A DNA stretch of 64,000 nucleotides, taken from contig NW_003526943.1 of NCBI RefSeq assembly GCF_000181795.1, positions 4,841,081 through 4,905,080 of the forward strand, written 5' to 3'. This DNA comes from Trichinella spiralis (Eukaryota). The notes below the pieces were generated by a model. That model was not told the origin of the DNA, searched no databases, and worked only from the letters and a program-made list of their open reading frames with translations. The first letter of the stretch is position 1. Each line of letters opens with the position of its first letter. Both the position numbers and the translations under genes were made by a program. This document shows, piece after piece, positions 26,382 to 40,800 of the stretch.

Positions 26382-29300
26382 TCAGTGATGATCAGCATGC
26401 CGGTCATCACTGTTCTCAGCAGACCGTACACTTCTTTGCGAAACATCAATAAACGGAACAGGCAAATACGGACGACTTTTCGACTTTTCATTCAATGCGG
26501 ACTGAAAAATAAATGACCACTATTAAGCAATGGCAAAAATAAGCTTTCTCTACAATCATGCATGCACATCATAATTTCTTGTGTCTTGGCAATAATAATA
26601 ATGTTTTTCTACTTGACATTCAAGTAAAAATTAGCTAAAATCACACCATCACCTGAATATCATACGGCTGCAACTCATCCATCGGAGATCCGCTAGTTTC
26701 TCCCATTTTAATGCGCTTCTGCAATGGAAAAGAAAATAAATTCACACTACTCAAATACAATCAGCATATTTTGTTAAGATTTACCGCTCCGACAGCAACT
26801 CCTCTAAATGGGGAATTATAGAAGCTCATTTTCTGAAAATAAAATATAATGAAATTTCACATTTCCCACATAAGCTAGTCAAATTTCAAATCTGAGCAAT
26901 TGTATGTACCTTTTTGTACGATATCGGATTCACATTTTCTATATTCCGCGAAGCATTTTCTATATTGGAATTCTTTTCCAAATGAGGTCTTGAAACACTC
27001 TCCTCATGAACTACACCATTTTGCTAAAAGAGAAGAATAATTTGGACACTTTCGACTACAATATCAAAATATACATATCTGATAAACTGAGGATTAACAA
27101 GAAAGGATTAAAAAATGAGGTTCAAAAAAAATAGATTGCGTAAAAAGTAAAAATAAAAATTACCAATGAGGAATTTTTTTTACGCATTTCATCCATTTCT
27201 GACTGATGCTTTTGAAAATCATTTTTCAAACAATTATTCTCTTCAAAAAGGTCAGTCTTTTCCTTTTCTAATTTTTCTGCCTTTTTATTTGCATTACCCA
27301 TCTCCCTTTCCAATTGAATTAATTGCACTCTTGTGTTTATCATCTGAAAATACATCAACAATTAATATCCAGTAAACAAAAGATAAACAATATGTAAACA
27401 ATGAGGAAAATTTTTTTGCAAACCATCTCAGAGAGGAATTTAAGAGCTACGCGAGCATCGTTGACGTCGTTGATCTCATCATAGCATGCTTCGCCTCTTT
27501 TTGCATTTTCAAAGTTAGAAATCTGTTTTCTGAGTTCTACAATAGCTTCATTTCTAGAAAATTTAAAATATCATTCATTTGAAATATATATATTTTAAAA
27601 AATTAATCATAATCACACCTGATCTGAATCGACTTTTGAATTTCAGCATATGGCATATTAGAATCCTCTGCATCTTTCTAAAATAAATGACAAAATCACG
27701 GGTGAAAAAATACGAACGATATTGACTGCGATCATATTGACAAAATTTAAATATTGGATAGTTGAAAGTATTATAAAACTGAAAATTAACAAACAAAAAA
27801 AAACAAATAGTTAAACATACGCTTGAACTAGGTTCATCCAAAGTATTTTTCTTATCGAAGTTATTTTTCAAATCCAAAAACATTGATGATATTTCATCAA
27901 GCAGTTGATCACAGAGTTTCTCTGCTTCCGCGCAATGAACTGCAAGATCAATTTCATGCAGCAGCATTTTCTACAAATGAAAAAATAAAAATTACAAATC
28001 CAAAACTGAGCATAATTTCAAATCGGTGAAGAAGCAACAATTTATATGATATACTTTGATTTCTTCTGCTGAAATTTGCTTTTTCTGCTCTCCCATTGCA
28101 CCACCTCTGCCGACTTTATCCTTTTTCAGTCGTTTAATCATTGACATAGACTGGAATGATAATTCCCAATTAAACAAGGTGAGAAAATTAAATTTCACTA
28201 ATTCAAATTCAATTTTTACAGTTTCATATTTTTTTCTTAGAACATTCAATCTACGTTCCAGTTGCACTCTAACTTTCAGCGTTTCCATGGCACTTCGTTT
28301 TTCCTAAAATTTCATTTCTTAATTTTTCAAATTTAATTTTCAAATGCAATGCACCTTTTGCTTAAGTTCGTTAATTTCTCTGTTGGTTTTGGCTTTCCAT
28401 TTCATAAATTTATTCACCTCCTCTTTGTGTTTTCGTATCAACTGGACTTTCATTTTTCGCAACTCCTAAAAATCAATTTCTGAAAACTGCACCACATTTT
28501 CCGCTTCCATTCAAACTTACAGTAACTTCAGACTTTAAGTTATTCACATTTTTATCTTTGTTAACAATGTTCTTTTTCAAACGTTCCATATGTAACATTT
28601 CTTTGCTCATTGTAGCTATAGCTTTTTCCAATTCTTTAATTTTTTGCCTTCTTGTAGATTCAACCCTGCGAATGATAAATTTGCTTGATTATAATTAATT
28701 ATCAGGCAAATTTAATCGTACATAAAAGAAAAAAAAGACAAATTACTTATTCGTGTTTTGAATAGCTGTAATTTGATGTTCAAGATTAGTTTTCTCCTCG
28801 ATCAAGTTTTTGATCACATTTTTCAGACGATTCATTTCGGCCTAAATGAAAAGAAGAAAACATTTTTCAAAATGCACATCCAAAATGGAAGCATATTTGT
28901 TATTAACCTGATAATTATTCTGTTCAACTGGAGTTTCTGAGTGAACACCTATCGTTTTAACGGCGACGTCAAGCATTTGTTGCTTTTCTTTAATTTTTGA
29001 ACTCAGTTCATCAACTTCCCAAGCTAAACGATCTTGTTTATCCAAAAATTCCAGCTCATCAAACGAACTGAAATCGTCGGACAGCTAAATTTCAAAAAAA
29101 ACACTCTGATTTAATAATTATAATTTAAATGAAATGAAAGTTTCCTTTTAATACCTTTGCTTCATTTACGGAATCATCTTTCGGTGGTGGTGTTATGCTG
29201 TTCACAATTACCTGAACATGTGAAACGATCTCTTCGACTGTGGCCATAGAAGACGTTTCAGCTCTAAACGAAAAGCGTATGAGTAAATATGGAAAAAAAT

Positions 29301-31713
29301 GCAAAACTTAAAAATGTACAATTTTTCACGAACATCCCACAACATATCTTTGTAATAATCACGCTGCATTTCCATCTGGAAAATAATGTCAAAATATATT
29401 TTACAAAAATAAAAAAACATCAACGCTGCAGTAAATCACATCATTATGCTGTTGAAAAAGCACAATATTCCGACGCTTCATCGCTTCATATTCTGCAATG
29501 AATTCCTCCGAAACGCCGATGTTGTACTTTTTCGTGTAAACCGTTGCCTCCAATGCGTGTCGTAATTCTTCATTCTGCAAAACAACACAAAATTAGAATA
29601 CAATTGAAATCTTTTTTTAAAAAATCTCTCAAAAAATGACTTATTTTGCATTAGTTGAATGAAAATTATTTATCATTACAAATTTACCTCTTTCTGAAGG
29701 CGCAGCAACTGATTTGCCATTGGATCCAAATTCACCATGGGCTTGTTCTTGATGTTCCTTGCACGTTCAGCATAACGCAGTGTATTCAACGTCTCGTCAT
29801 GATTGCTGGCTGCTGGTGAAATGCAAGCAATCATCACAGTAACGCTGTTGCCGCCCAGAGAATCTTAAAATTTCCAAATTAAAAATATAATATGTATATA
29901 CTTATTCTAATTCAAATAGCAACTTTTAATAAAGCAGTTATTATTACCTTGTAAAATACGCGTCAACTTTGAATCCCGATAAGGAATGTGCATTTTCGAA
30001 TTACCATCATTAAGGGTTAATGCTGAAATTACGTTTCCCAAAACCAGCAATCCTTCGTTAATTTTAATTCCTAAAAATTTCAGTCACTTCCCATTTAATA
30101 TCGAATTACCTTTATCATTTTTATTTTTCATCATATTACCTTCTTTCATACGATCACCTTGAGCTTGAGTCTTCTTCAGACGTTCACTTCCAGCTAAATC
30201 AACCAAATTCAGCTTTGCTTTGTAGCAGACCGAACTGTAAAAAGAATAAAGAGTAAGTGTAAAATGTTGAAAAGAAATAATTTTTTTTAAATTCCCGCCC
30301 ACCTGGATTCTTTTGAAACTTTATCCATGTAAATCGTAAAAATAGCATGAGACCGAGACGATCGAGAGTTCATTGCTGTTTCACCTTTGCTGCGATTGTA
30401 ACAGCCCTTGATAATGAACTGTTGAGCGTCGCTTAAACTCTTCACCGGTTGTTCAGTCAAATTTTGCACCTAAAGTATAATTATAATTTCAAATTTTACA
30501 CTATAGGATGTAATTTGAGAATAATAATACAGCATTTTAACTGCCATAAATTCATTCATATGAAAAAATCAATATTTACAAAAATAAACATAAAATAGTT
30601 TCCAAATATTCATTAATTCAACAAAGATAACCATAAAATATTAATTTCATAAATTGAAATCATTCCCTTAATTGGAGCAATAAAAGAATTCATTTTTCTC
30701 AAAATTATACATTTTCAAAAGTACAGTTTGGAATTAATATTAAAAAAAATTAAATAAAAATTGCCTAAACATTATTACATTACGGTACTAGCACAACACT
30801 GACCTACAATAAACTTCATAAAATTAAAAATACCTCAGAATTATTTATCATTCAAAAAGAATAATAAACTGGCAATAATTAAAATGAAAGCTCTTCAATG
30901 TAAAAACTCAACAAAAAATGGTGATATAAAATCCTTTATAAAAAAAATAATTTCGATAAACATACATAAACGCCACCGGTAGCATGCTCACGAATATTCA
31001 ATTGCTCACGTTCACCAAGAATATCAAACACCAATTCATTGTAAATCTAAAAACAAACAAACAAATACTAAACACTAAATGCAAATTTTAACTTATCATA
31101 CTTCGAGCATGGAACAACGAAAACTGCATTCAAATTCATCCGAACATTTTTCAGCTTGCTGAAACAAATGCGCCACAATTTTTCCAATAAGGCCTGTATT
31201 TTCAACATCCCAACCAACTAATTCTTCAGTCCCCATTGTGTACGTTTTTCCACTTCCTGTTTGGCCATACGCAAATATTGTGCAATTGTAACCTTGAAAA
31301 GAAGTAAAAATCACAGCAGCTATCACATTTAAAAAAACAGGTGCCAAAAGGAAAACAGAGGATATTTTACTTCGCTTAAAAACAAATCCCAGCAAATAGG
31401 CTAGAAGAAGAAAAGATGCTTTCGAAAACATACCTTCAAGAAATTTTTCCAGCAGTGGCAACGCACAAGAATTGAACACCGACTGCTGTGTCGAAGACGA
31501 TTCAAACACATGATCAAATCCATAAATTCTGTCGTCAATTATAACCTAAAAAAATAAAAATTATTCCCCGAAAAGTAAAATATAATTTATATTTAAGACT
31601 TCATTCGACAAGGAATCGCAGGTCAGGCACACGGACGCTGATTCATTCAGTTCCCGTTTAAGTAAAGGGCGGCAGCGCACAGCCACGCGTACAGGAATTA
31701 CTTTATCCGACAT
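26382..31713 (-). CDS. Kinesin-4 family motor (KIF4/KLP-19-like chromokinesin), multi-exon
   Basis: [10 protein letters not shown]-loop GQTGSGKT, switch I NSRSSRSH, switch [42 protein letters not shown], then a long coiled-coil stalk. 3' end inferred from splice phases. Confidence 0.9.
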
Positions 31714-34700
31714 CAAAAAAATATTTCTAAAATCCAAATTATGCAACCAAATGATGTGGACGTATCAGTGCATAAGTTTTTGAAACAATAAAACTGTCAG
31801 ATTGGTTGAGTTCAAATTAAACACTTCAAACACAGATACTGTAATTAATAAAATGTAGGTTTAATGTGATGACCTACATAGTGAAGTTTAAAATAAATTA
31901 TTTTACATTTGACATGACTAAAATACAATCAGTATTTTAAACCGAACATTTTATTTCATTATTTTAATGGTATTTTTTGAATTTATATTTTATTATCTAT
32001 CGTCGCATAAAATCATAAATTAATTTCATGAGTAGAAGCTTTTTATATATCCATAATATCGCTTAATTTTTTTAACGTCAGTTTTTCAAATTTATATGTT
32101 CTCATTATGGTATTAAAAGTAATATTATTTCTTATTTTACTTGATATTACTTTCTTTTTTGTTTTGTTTTGTTTTTAGCTGAATATAATTTCAATTTATT
32201 CAAGCTACTACTACATTTAATTAAATAAATATTCGGTGACAACATTTTTTCATATGCTCTGATCAAGATACATAACAATGAAGTATAGTTGATAAATGTA
32301 TGGTAGATGTTACGCAAAACATCCATACAAGTTATTTTCAGACATGGCCTTGGCTCTAAATAAATGTGCAGTATTGACTGTCAAAGTGGACTCTGAAAAA
32401 GTAACAAGACAAAACTATGAACAAGATGTGCAATCTATTTGCACAAATGGCAGTAGAAACAGTTTTATGACATATTTATATATACAGTTAATAAAACTTC
32501 ATTTTCATTCTTTGAAGCTAATGCTTTTTGGAAAATAAATTATTTTCTCATTTCAAACAATTCAAAAAAATATAATTTGATAAGCAATGGAGTTATTATT
32601 AAATGAAGAAATTCGAAACAGTTTAACTTTTATAAAATAATTCTTTCAATAAATTATTTGCAAGTGAATAATTGGTGTGAACAATCGTTGATGCAATTTA
32701 CTTTTTGCGATAATGACTATATTTTTATTGCATATCTTTTGCACTGAATTGTAAAAGATACTGCAACTGTGCCAAGTAGTCAGTTGTCCATTTCAAAGCA
32801 TTGAAGCATGATCATTATTTACAAATGAATGGAACTAATTTTCTGAATATTAAAAATCGCATGCAAATTTGCTAAAATAAAAAATTCCGCCCAAATTGTA
32901 TTTGATAATACAAAATGCAGAAGTATTTTTGCATAATTCTGAATCAGAATTTAACCCAAACGAGAGCTTTTTTACATTTCCATTCTATAAGAGCTAGTTA
33001 TTTTGTTGCAAATTGAACAAACAGATTGAATGATCAATTGAACAACGTTTCCATGCAATAATAATAATAATCAGTTGAGCAATTTCAATTTTTATGTTCT
33101 CTAGAAAAGTGATGCGTTAAAATATAAAAAGAAATAAAAAATTATCGATTATCATATTCAAAAAGCAATGTTGGATGGAATTAATTCAAAAAAAAGTTAT
33201 ATTCAATAAAACAAGAAAAGTTTTTAGTAATCAGAAAAAATAAAAAGTTGATTTAAAAAATTTTTTTAATAAAAATTGTTTCCAAAGTTTAGTGATGTGA
33301 AGCAAACAGCAGGAGTGACCAATTTTGTTTGGTGCCAGGTAGAGTTTTCCATAAACTGTTGCAATTTTCTTTGAAGAAATAATTCGACAATTGCAACTTG
33401 CAGCAGTTTGCTGTTGTTGAATTGAATTATATATATATGTATAAAGTGATGCATTGACTAGGTGCTTAATTTGTTTTGTTCCAAAATGCATATTAAAACA
33501 GAGCTTACACTTTGAATAAATTGAATCTTGAGCAATTTTCTTATCACTTATGAGTCGTCTCCGGGTTTAGAAAATTTTCATAGCATTTGGTGTGATAGTT
33601 GAAGCTATCAAACAAGCAAACATCAAGCGAGCAAGCGAGCAAGCAGGCAACGTTGATAAGCATTTCACATACATGAGCAATTGTTATGACAAAAATAACG
33701 TTGTATTCGTTGTAAAAAGGAAAATCTTATGGAAGAAAAAAAATTTATTTATCAATTATACACATAACTGAATTTGTTTAATTTTTGAAATAAATGTTTG
33801 ATAAAGCGTTATATCACTTACAAATCTCATTTAAACAATATGCAAATGCAAAATTAAAACATTTTTATTTTTAAAAGCTATTTTTTAGCAAATTTCCAGT
33901 CATTCCAACAATACAAATTCATATTTCATGAATATATATACTTGTGCAACGGTTGTACAATTTTAATAATTAAACGTTTGAAAAAATTATTCAAAACTGC
34001 TATTCCAGATTTACAGAAAAAGTGTTCAGCAAAAGAGATATTATATTCAGTAATTGGATAAATTTATTGAATAAAAATGAATAAATGAAATGCATACTTG
34101 GTAAAATTTTGTGCAAAGAAAACTGAAAGATCAGAATGAAAAATGAAATACTATTTATTAACGCAGTTGACTTTTCCCCGATTAGCAAATTCTCGTCGTA
34201 GCAACAATGATAATGATGCTGATGATGATACGTCGGGAGATAATAGCGTGAAAGCATACCGGAAATCCGTTAGTAAAAGCAAACGTGAACACAACATGCG
34301 CAACAAGGACGGTGATGAAATTTCAATCGAATTTTTCGAAGAAGGAGAATTTTTTTAGAAAAAGAAAATAATCAGCAGGTAATTTTCATAAATTAATAAG
34401 TTCAATAAGTTTATGAAATTTATTCATATTGAAACGCTTGCATTGATTAATTTATCCGCAGAGTGTTTGCAAATCAAAATGACAACTCATTTAAAAAGTT
34501 TTCCATCCCAAAAGCTACCTCAGTTGATTTGAATTTGCACTTTTTGAATTCATTTTAGAATATCTTCTTCTTCCATTTCTCTTGTTGTTGCTGTGCAAAT
34601 TATTAATAAACAGCAACAATTTTATTTATTTATTTATTCATCAGGTTCAGTTTTAAAATTATTATCATAAAAATAATTACAAATTGAAATTACTGCAGAG

Positions 34701-36302
34701 CGAATTGAAAATTTAAATTTAGAACATAAAGAGATGAAATATAAAATTCAATTTTCTTCTATTATTAGTTTAGTGTATAAATTTTACAATTTGAATATCT
34801 CTTCTAATTCTTCAGTTGTATAGCGTGAATTTGAAAATAAAAAAGATTAATAATTCTGTTATAATGAATTGTAAATTTTACAATTTTACATTATAATGCA
34901 TAAAGAGATGTAAGAAATTGGTTTTTTTACCTTATTGATGATGACAATAAATTTTGGCAGCGATGATTTAATTTAAACTATATATACATACATGTATGGA
35001 CGATTCAATTTTAGAATAAAAAGTAAAAGAGTTGTGAAGGAGAATTTTCGCTTTGGGCTACTTTGCATTCATGTTCGCAACTTCTGTCGCATTTTCAACA
35101 TTTCTTCTCAAAATCAAACAATCTTTTTTCCTCGTTCTTCAACAATGAAAAAAGCCAAGTCAAGCAAAAAGTACATCTACATGATCAATGAAAGAAAGAT
35201 TGTCTCAAGTGTTCAGTTTGAATATTTGAAACAACCAAGAAATTAAAAAAACATCACAATAAATATGCAAATCTTCGATAGTTGATCTTTGAATTGGAAA
35301 TTTATTTTTTTGTATTACAAATATCTGAAATATTGTTCCATCATGCAGTTTCGATCAATTTTTACTTTACACGCCAGTCAACTTGCAACTTCAAGCATAT
35401 TTAACATTGTTTCAGATGTATTTTTATCATTTTAATCTTTCCTTTTCTTTAAAAAAATAATGCAAAAAAAGCACCTTTGTTTGAAATGTTTTTATAATAA
35501 AATTCTAACAATAAAAAGTTGTTCAAATTTGCAACACATGACAGTCGAAGAAATATGTAATAATTTAATTATTATGGCAAAAAAATCATCTCCCATCCTC
35601 CCATATAATAAATAAGTATACAATTAAAACGAAAACACGCATGAAGATTATTTTATTAAAAGAAAAAAGAAAGACAAAAAGCTTCAATCCAAATTTGTCA
35701 ACATACGCAATATCAGACCTTTCCACCTCAGTCAATAATGCTTGTTTGATGAATAGGAGAAAATCATCAGACTGTAGCATAATAATTATGAATATAAAAT
35801 TATTGAGAATAGGTGCATCTGAAATTTGTAGAAAATTAAAAATAGATACAAATTTGTGTGTGTAGCTTTTTTTGGTTTTGCAGCTCCATTCTTTTGTAAA
35901 ATGATTAAGCAAAAATACACACAGCAGAAGAGAAAGAAAAGAAGAAGAAGAAGAAGCTCCATTTAGGGTAATAAGGCAATGGAATATTTTCAGCAAAAGG
36001 TGGTGTGAGAAGATTTTGCATTTTCACATATCATTTTTTGTCGATGTAAAAACATAAATCACACTCTAAGAAGCGCAAGAAGCAAGTCAAAAAAAAGAAA
36101 TGAAAATAACAATTATGAAATTGTTCAAAATAAAAAAAATAAATAAGGGAAGAAATGACACTGATGAGTCGTGCTTTCTGTTGAGCTTCAGATGCACCCG
36201 TCCTTCGTGTACAAGCATGCATCTTTTTTGTTTGCTTTATTTTTTGTTTTTTGGGTTTTAAAGGCATAGTTCTGTTAAATTAAGAAGAAGACATTGTTTT
36301 TT

Positions 36303-37334
36303 TTACCAATAATGCAACGGTGAAGAGACGTGAGCCCAGTTCAAGTATTCACTCCACTGACTGGTCGAATTGGGATGCAGGGCGTTGCCGCAGTTGGTTT
36401 GCCCTCGACGGTTCGGCTCGTCTCCGATGTGGCTGCGGTCGACGAGGCGCTGCTTGCGAAGGCGGTCGCTGATCAGCTCGTAATTAGCATTGTCGTTGTT
36501 GTCCCAAAATTGTTGCCCAGCCACACGGTAGCTGATGCAGAATTCAATTCGCTGTATGGTGTCGTCGTCGAGAGGTATTTCAAAGTCGAACAGGAAGGTA
36601 TCGAATATTCCGCCAGTGTTGCAGAGAAACGTGGCCGGATGGTCTTGGAACGTGGCCCATTCGTCAGTTGTGCATCGTACGTAGACTTCTTTTTCAAAGG
36701 ACAAATTTTTCACCTTCACAGTACCGTGCAGGCTTTGGATGTCGTTTCGCAGAAGCACGTTCTCAAGCACGACGTTGTTCTGGTTGAGCTTGTGACGAAA
36801 TTTCGCATAATCCGACGCCGGCTGCGAGAAGTTCAAAACCCACGAACTGCCGCCAACGGCGGCATGGTTATCCCTCTCGAGGGTTGTCGGCCGATTGGAC
36901 TCGGTGCATTGTTCGCTTTGTTGGGTTGCAAGTTTGGCGCCAAAGCAAGGCATATTCGGCGGGACGTATTCGGACGGTTCGGTCAGGATGCGTATTGTGA
37001 CCAACTGGCAGCCGAATTCGTCGGCAAACGTGACAGACTTTTTCTTCTTGACCACAACCTCGGTCGCTGGCACCTCTTTTTGTTCGGCTTGTTCTGCGGA
37101 TGTGACCACCGGCGCCTGATTTTCTTCGGCATCCAGACGACCGAGCAGTTCAGTTTGCAATTCCAACACTGAAAACCACTGCTTGCTTTCCCAGCGGATC
37201 AAGCTGCTGGCAGGCTTCTTCTGTCCAGCTGTTGCGGAGTTGTGGACAAAATTGCCGCACGGTGCAGACCTGTAGCTAGCTATGGTCGAAACCAAAGTTT
37301 CCGCATTGGCCGACATCGAAAATGACAATGACAA
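36303..37334 (-). CDS. Protein phosphatase 1 glycogen-targeting subunit (PPP1R3-like, CBM21), single coding exon
   Basis: RVxF-type KKSVTFAD, FSQPASDY, GTVKVKNLSFEKEVYVR and WDNNDNANY. The start may be M at 37316 rather than the alternative codon at 37334. Confidence 0.95.
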   Translation of the reverse strand: MSLSFSMSANAETLVSTIASYRSAPCGNFVHNSATAGQKKPASSLIRWESKQWFSVLELQTELLGRLDAEENQAPVVTSAEQAEQKEVPATEVVVKKKKSVTFADEFGCQLVTIRILTEPSEYVPPNMPCFGAKLATQQSEQCTESNRPTTLERDNHAAVGGSSWVLNFSQPASDYAKFRHKLNQNNVVLENVLLRNDIQSLHGTVKVKNLSFEKEVYVRCTTDEWATFQDHPATFLCNTGGIFDTFLFDFEIPLDDDTIQRIEFCISYRVAGQQFWDNNDNANYELISDRLRKQRLVDRSHIGDEPNRRGQTNCGNALHPNSTSQWSEYLNWAHVSSPLHYW

Positions 37335-37807
37335 TAATAAGCCGAAGCCACCAACTAGTAAACAACAACAACAACAATAATATCGACAGTCTTCAATTCA
37401 GCAGACTGCTTTTACACTTCTGAACGACCACTTTGCACAACTGCGAGCGATTATCGGTTTTCGTTTGGTTCGCTTTCAACAAATGCCGCACTTGTTTCTG
37501 CAAGCAAAACAACAAACACGGATAAAAATGCCAAATGCAAAGCAAACAAACTGGAAATTTTTGCAAAACTGCAGATGCATAAAACGCGGCCTAGTTCGTC
37601 ATTTTCTGACTGCACTAACTATCATCTTTTTCTCTCACACTCTTACTTATGCTGTCCATTGCGAATAATTAAGAAAAAACAATCAAGCTTTGTTGCTTAC
37701 AAAATACAAAATAAGTTGTCAGCAGAGAAACAACCAAACAAACCGTATCCAGTCGGCAGGCATTTGTCCTGCTGTAGACCATCACTGACTAATGTAAGCC
37801 TAATTTT

Positions 37808-37880
37808 TGACACGTGTCACTTCTGGCCTTTGGCCGCGAGCAAGATGGCAAACAGCACGTTTTCAGGCAGCCAATCAGAG
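37808..37880. promoter_or_regulatory. Candidate PPP1R3 promoter elements: palindromic E-box and CCAAT box
   Basis: Perfect palindrome TGACACGTGTCA (37808-37819) and AGCCAATCAG (37869-37878), about 500 bp upstream of the ORF in a GC-elevated island. Confidence 0.4.
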
Positions 37881-40800
37881 ACTAAGCTGCGAACAAAATA
37901 ATAACAATAATAATCTCTTGCTATTGGCTTTTTCCAGCAATTGGGTTCAAGCGTTGCAACGGTCTGCAAGAAGAAGAAAGCTTGCAAGCAATTAGCAGAA
38001 GAATACGTAGCGGCGGCGGCGGCGGCGGTAGTAGCAGTAGCAGTAGCAAAAGGTTAAATGATCTAGCCGCACAAAGCCTGCACAAAGCGGCATTTGCAAA
38101 GTGAAAAATTACCGAGAAACAATTGAATGATGGCCGTGCGCTGAACTTCAGAGAATTAGACAAATAAACATTTTTGAAAAATGATCATAAACCGCTGATA
38201 AAAGCCAAAAAGCAGCAACTGAAATGTACACAACTCGATGATAATGTAAAGCGTCATGTGACACTTGCTTACAAATTTAACTTCATTCTTTGAAAATAAT
38301 TTTGCACAACTTGTGAAAGCAATTCCAAATCTAAGCTTTGCTCATCTTTGAAATGGAAAGAATAGCAAAATATTTTTTTTTGTAGAATAATTTCAAAACT
38401 GCAAAAGTGATCAACTAACTGCACATGCAGTGGAATGCAAATACAAGCGGCTGTACAAGAGGGATGATGATATTGATTTTTTTGGGCGTTCTGTGTTCAA
38501 TAATAATTCGCACTTATTTATCAGTGCACTAAAATTAGTCAACTGATAACATTAGCCAACACCGGCTGAACAGTAAATTCTTACTGTAAACACTGGCGTC
38601 GTCAACAAGAAGAAATTCACCTGAAGAGCTTAATGTCATACAATGAAACAATAAACAACAAGACGAATAATCGATTCTTCCAATCATTTTTATCACACAA
38701 CTTTATCTATTAAAAATTGACCGAAGAAAAATATCAAATAACAAACAATTGGCATAAAGCAAATTCGCTTTATGCATTGAACAAACAAATTTTTTCGCTT
38801 CTGTCTTATCATCATCATATCAAAGTGGTTCATCTTTTAATTAGAAAATTATAATTCAAAACAAGAACAAATCAAATTCTGCAACTTTCACTTGAAAAAA
38901 AGCAAATAAATAAAATTGCTTTAAGAAATGATCGTTCCATTAATACATAAAAAGCGAGATAAATTTGATTGAGGCTCGTCTATTTTCATAATGCTTAAGT
39001 GGAATTAATCATTGAACTCGTGTTCGCTTTCTGCTCTGCTGAAAACAACACACAACGAAGTGATTTTACAAAACCTGTAGTAAAATAAAAAATAAAAATC
39101 AATGCTAACAAAAATACATCATGTCATTTTTTGAAATAAAAAAAATTAAACTGTTTGCTTGTTTGTTCAATTTACAAAAAGTGCGAACATCACTTTTTGA
39201 TGCAAAGGGCAACAAAAATAAGTTGGCAGCTAATCAAAGCAAAATGATCGTAACTGAATCAAAACAACATAAAATGAAACCATTTGTATATATGTATACA
39301 TAATAAAAATTAATCACGAGCATTAAATTTTAAATATACTAACAATGTGTGTGCCTTGCAGAATTCTGACAACGTGATAACTTTATCAACATCAGCATCC
39401 ATAGCCACAGAGCAAATCTTATCTAATACATTAAAAGAGTAAAACATTATCATTTTTAAATAGAACACATTTCTAATACTTAATGTCATTATATGAAAAG
39501 TATTGAAAACAAAATAATTCAGCATGTCGAAAACTGGCAATAAATCATTGCCCATCTTTCCACTTGATCAAGGCATTTATAAATAATCAGGTTATATTTA
39601 TTGTCAAATGAATATTTGATAATCGATGATAAATTTCAATTAAACATCGAGAAAAATAGCAAAAGAAAAATTATTTCACAACATTCTAAGCAAAAACCAA
39701 AAAAAGTATCCAATGTAGTAAAATGCATTTTACAATTAGGCAATTTGGAAAAATTATAGAATTAAACACGTTCAAAAGCATAATAATTTTGTCTAAATAA
39801 ACGAGTGGAATGCTTGCACAGATAGTGCGTTGGTAGGAAAACATGCAAAAATAAGTGAACAATTTTTATAACAAATTTTCCACGCAGAACCAAAAGCATA
39901 GATGGTCTTTTGCTTGCAAGTGACTCAAACCAGCCTTGACCTTGCTGCTGCTGTTTTAACTATAAATCAGCAGATCAAATTTTCCAGATTTTGCCATTTT
40001 TGTCAAATAATGGACAATTTGAATTAATACCCAATAAGTATTTTGAAAAATAAAATTGCAAATCACTCAGTACTAGAAAATCATACGCTGGAACGGTAAA
40101 ATTGTGCGAAAAGTGTAAAGTCAGAGGGGTACCTCTTGACATAAAGTATGCTCGTAAAATGAGTGAAAAAAAATTTGCAAACCACTGTGGAATTACTGGA
40201 AATGCAAATTTAACAACAGGTATTTGAAATGAAGCAACTTTCAGAATTTGCACAAGATTTTTGATTGCTCTTTATAAATTCAAATTCTTGCAGCTCAACA
40301 GATGATCACTGATTGATCAAATTGAATTTCAGCTTTCGCTTAAGTTCATATTTATTCGTCGCTCTCTTAATAGAAACAATGTGATTGATCGTATAATTGA
40401 AACAACACATCATAATGCGTCAATGACAAAGACAAAAATTATACAAATAAATCTTCAACAAATCAACAAACAGAACCTGGCTACCTTCACTTTATTACTT
40501 TATAACTCGAATGTTCAGAAGTGAAATTCACAAAATGACTGTTTTTCGGCTGAAACGCTTTTGCAAAATTATCAAAAGTTGTTGCTCTCATAATACAGCA
40601 TACCAACAAATAACATCCCCTCATTCATGTGCTACAATCAAAACTGTATAAATATATTCAAATGGAAGAAAATGTTTTTCAAATTTGATTTCTGTTCATA
40701 TTAATTTAACAAAGTTGAAAGAACTCATTTTTGATATTTATTATTTAATAAATTATAAAATAAATTTCATGAACATGATAAACTGCAAAAATGTCTAAAG

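Noticed and set aside
26383..26412. Hairpin overlapping the kinesin TGA stop (readthrough or SECIS idea)
   Set aside because: Short stem without SECIS core geometry, and another stop follows within about ten codons.
34143..34380. Exon-like acidic ORF with flanking AG/GT
   Set aside because: All plus frames stop before the donor, no homology was recognised, and it could not be joined to a gene.
36330..37172. 280-aa plus-strand ORF
   Set aside because: Codon-register antisense mirror of the PPP1R3-like gene.
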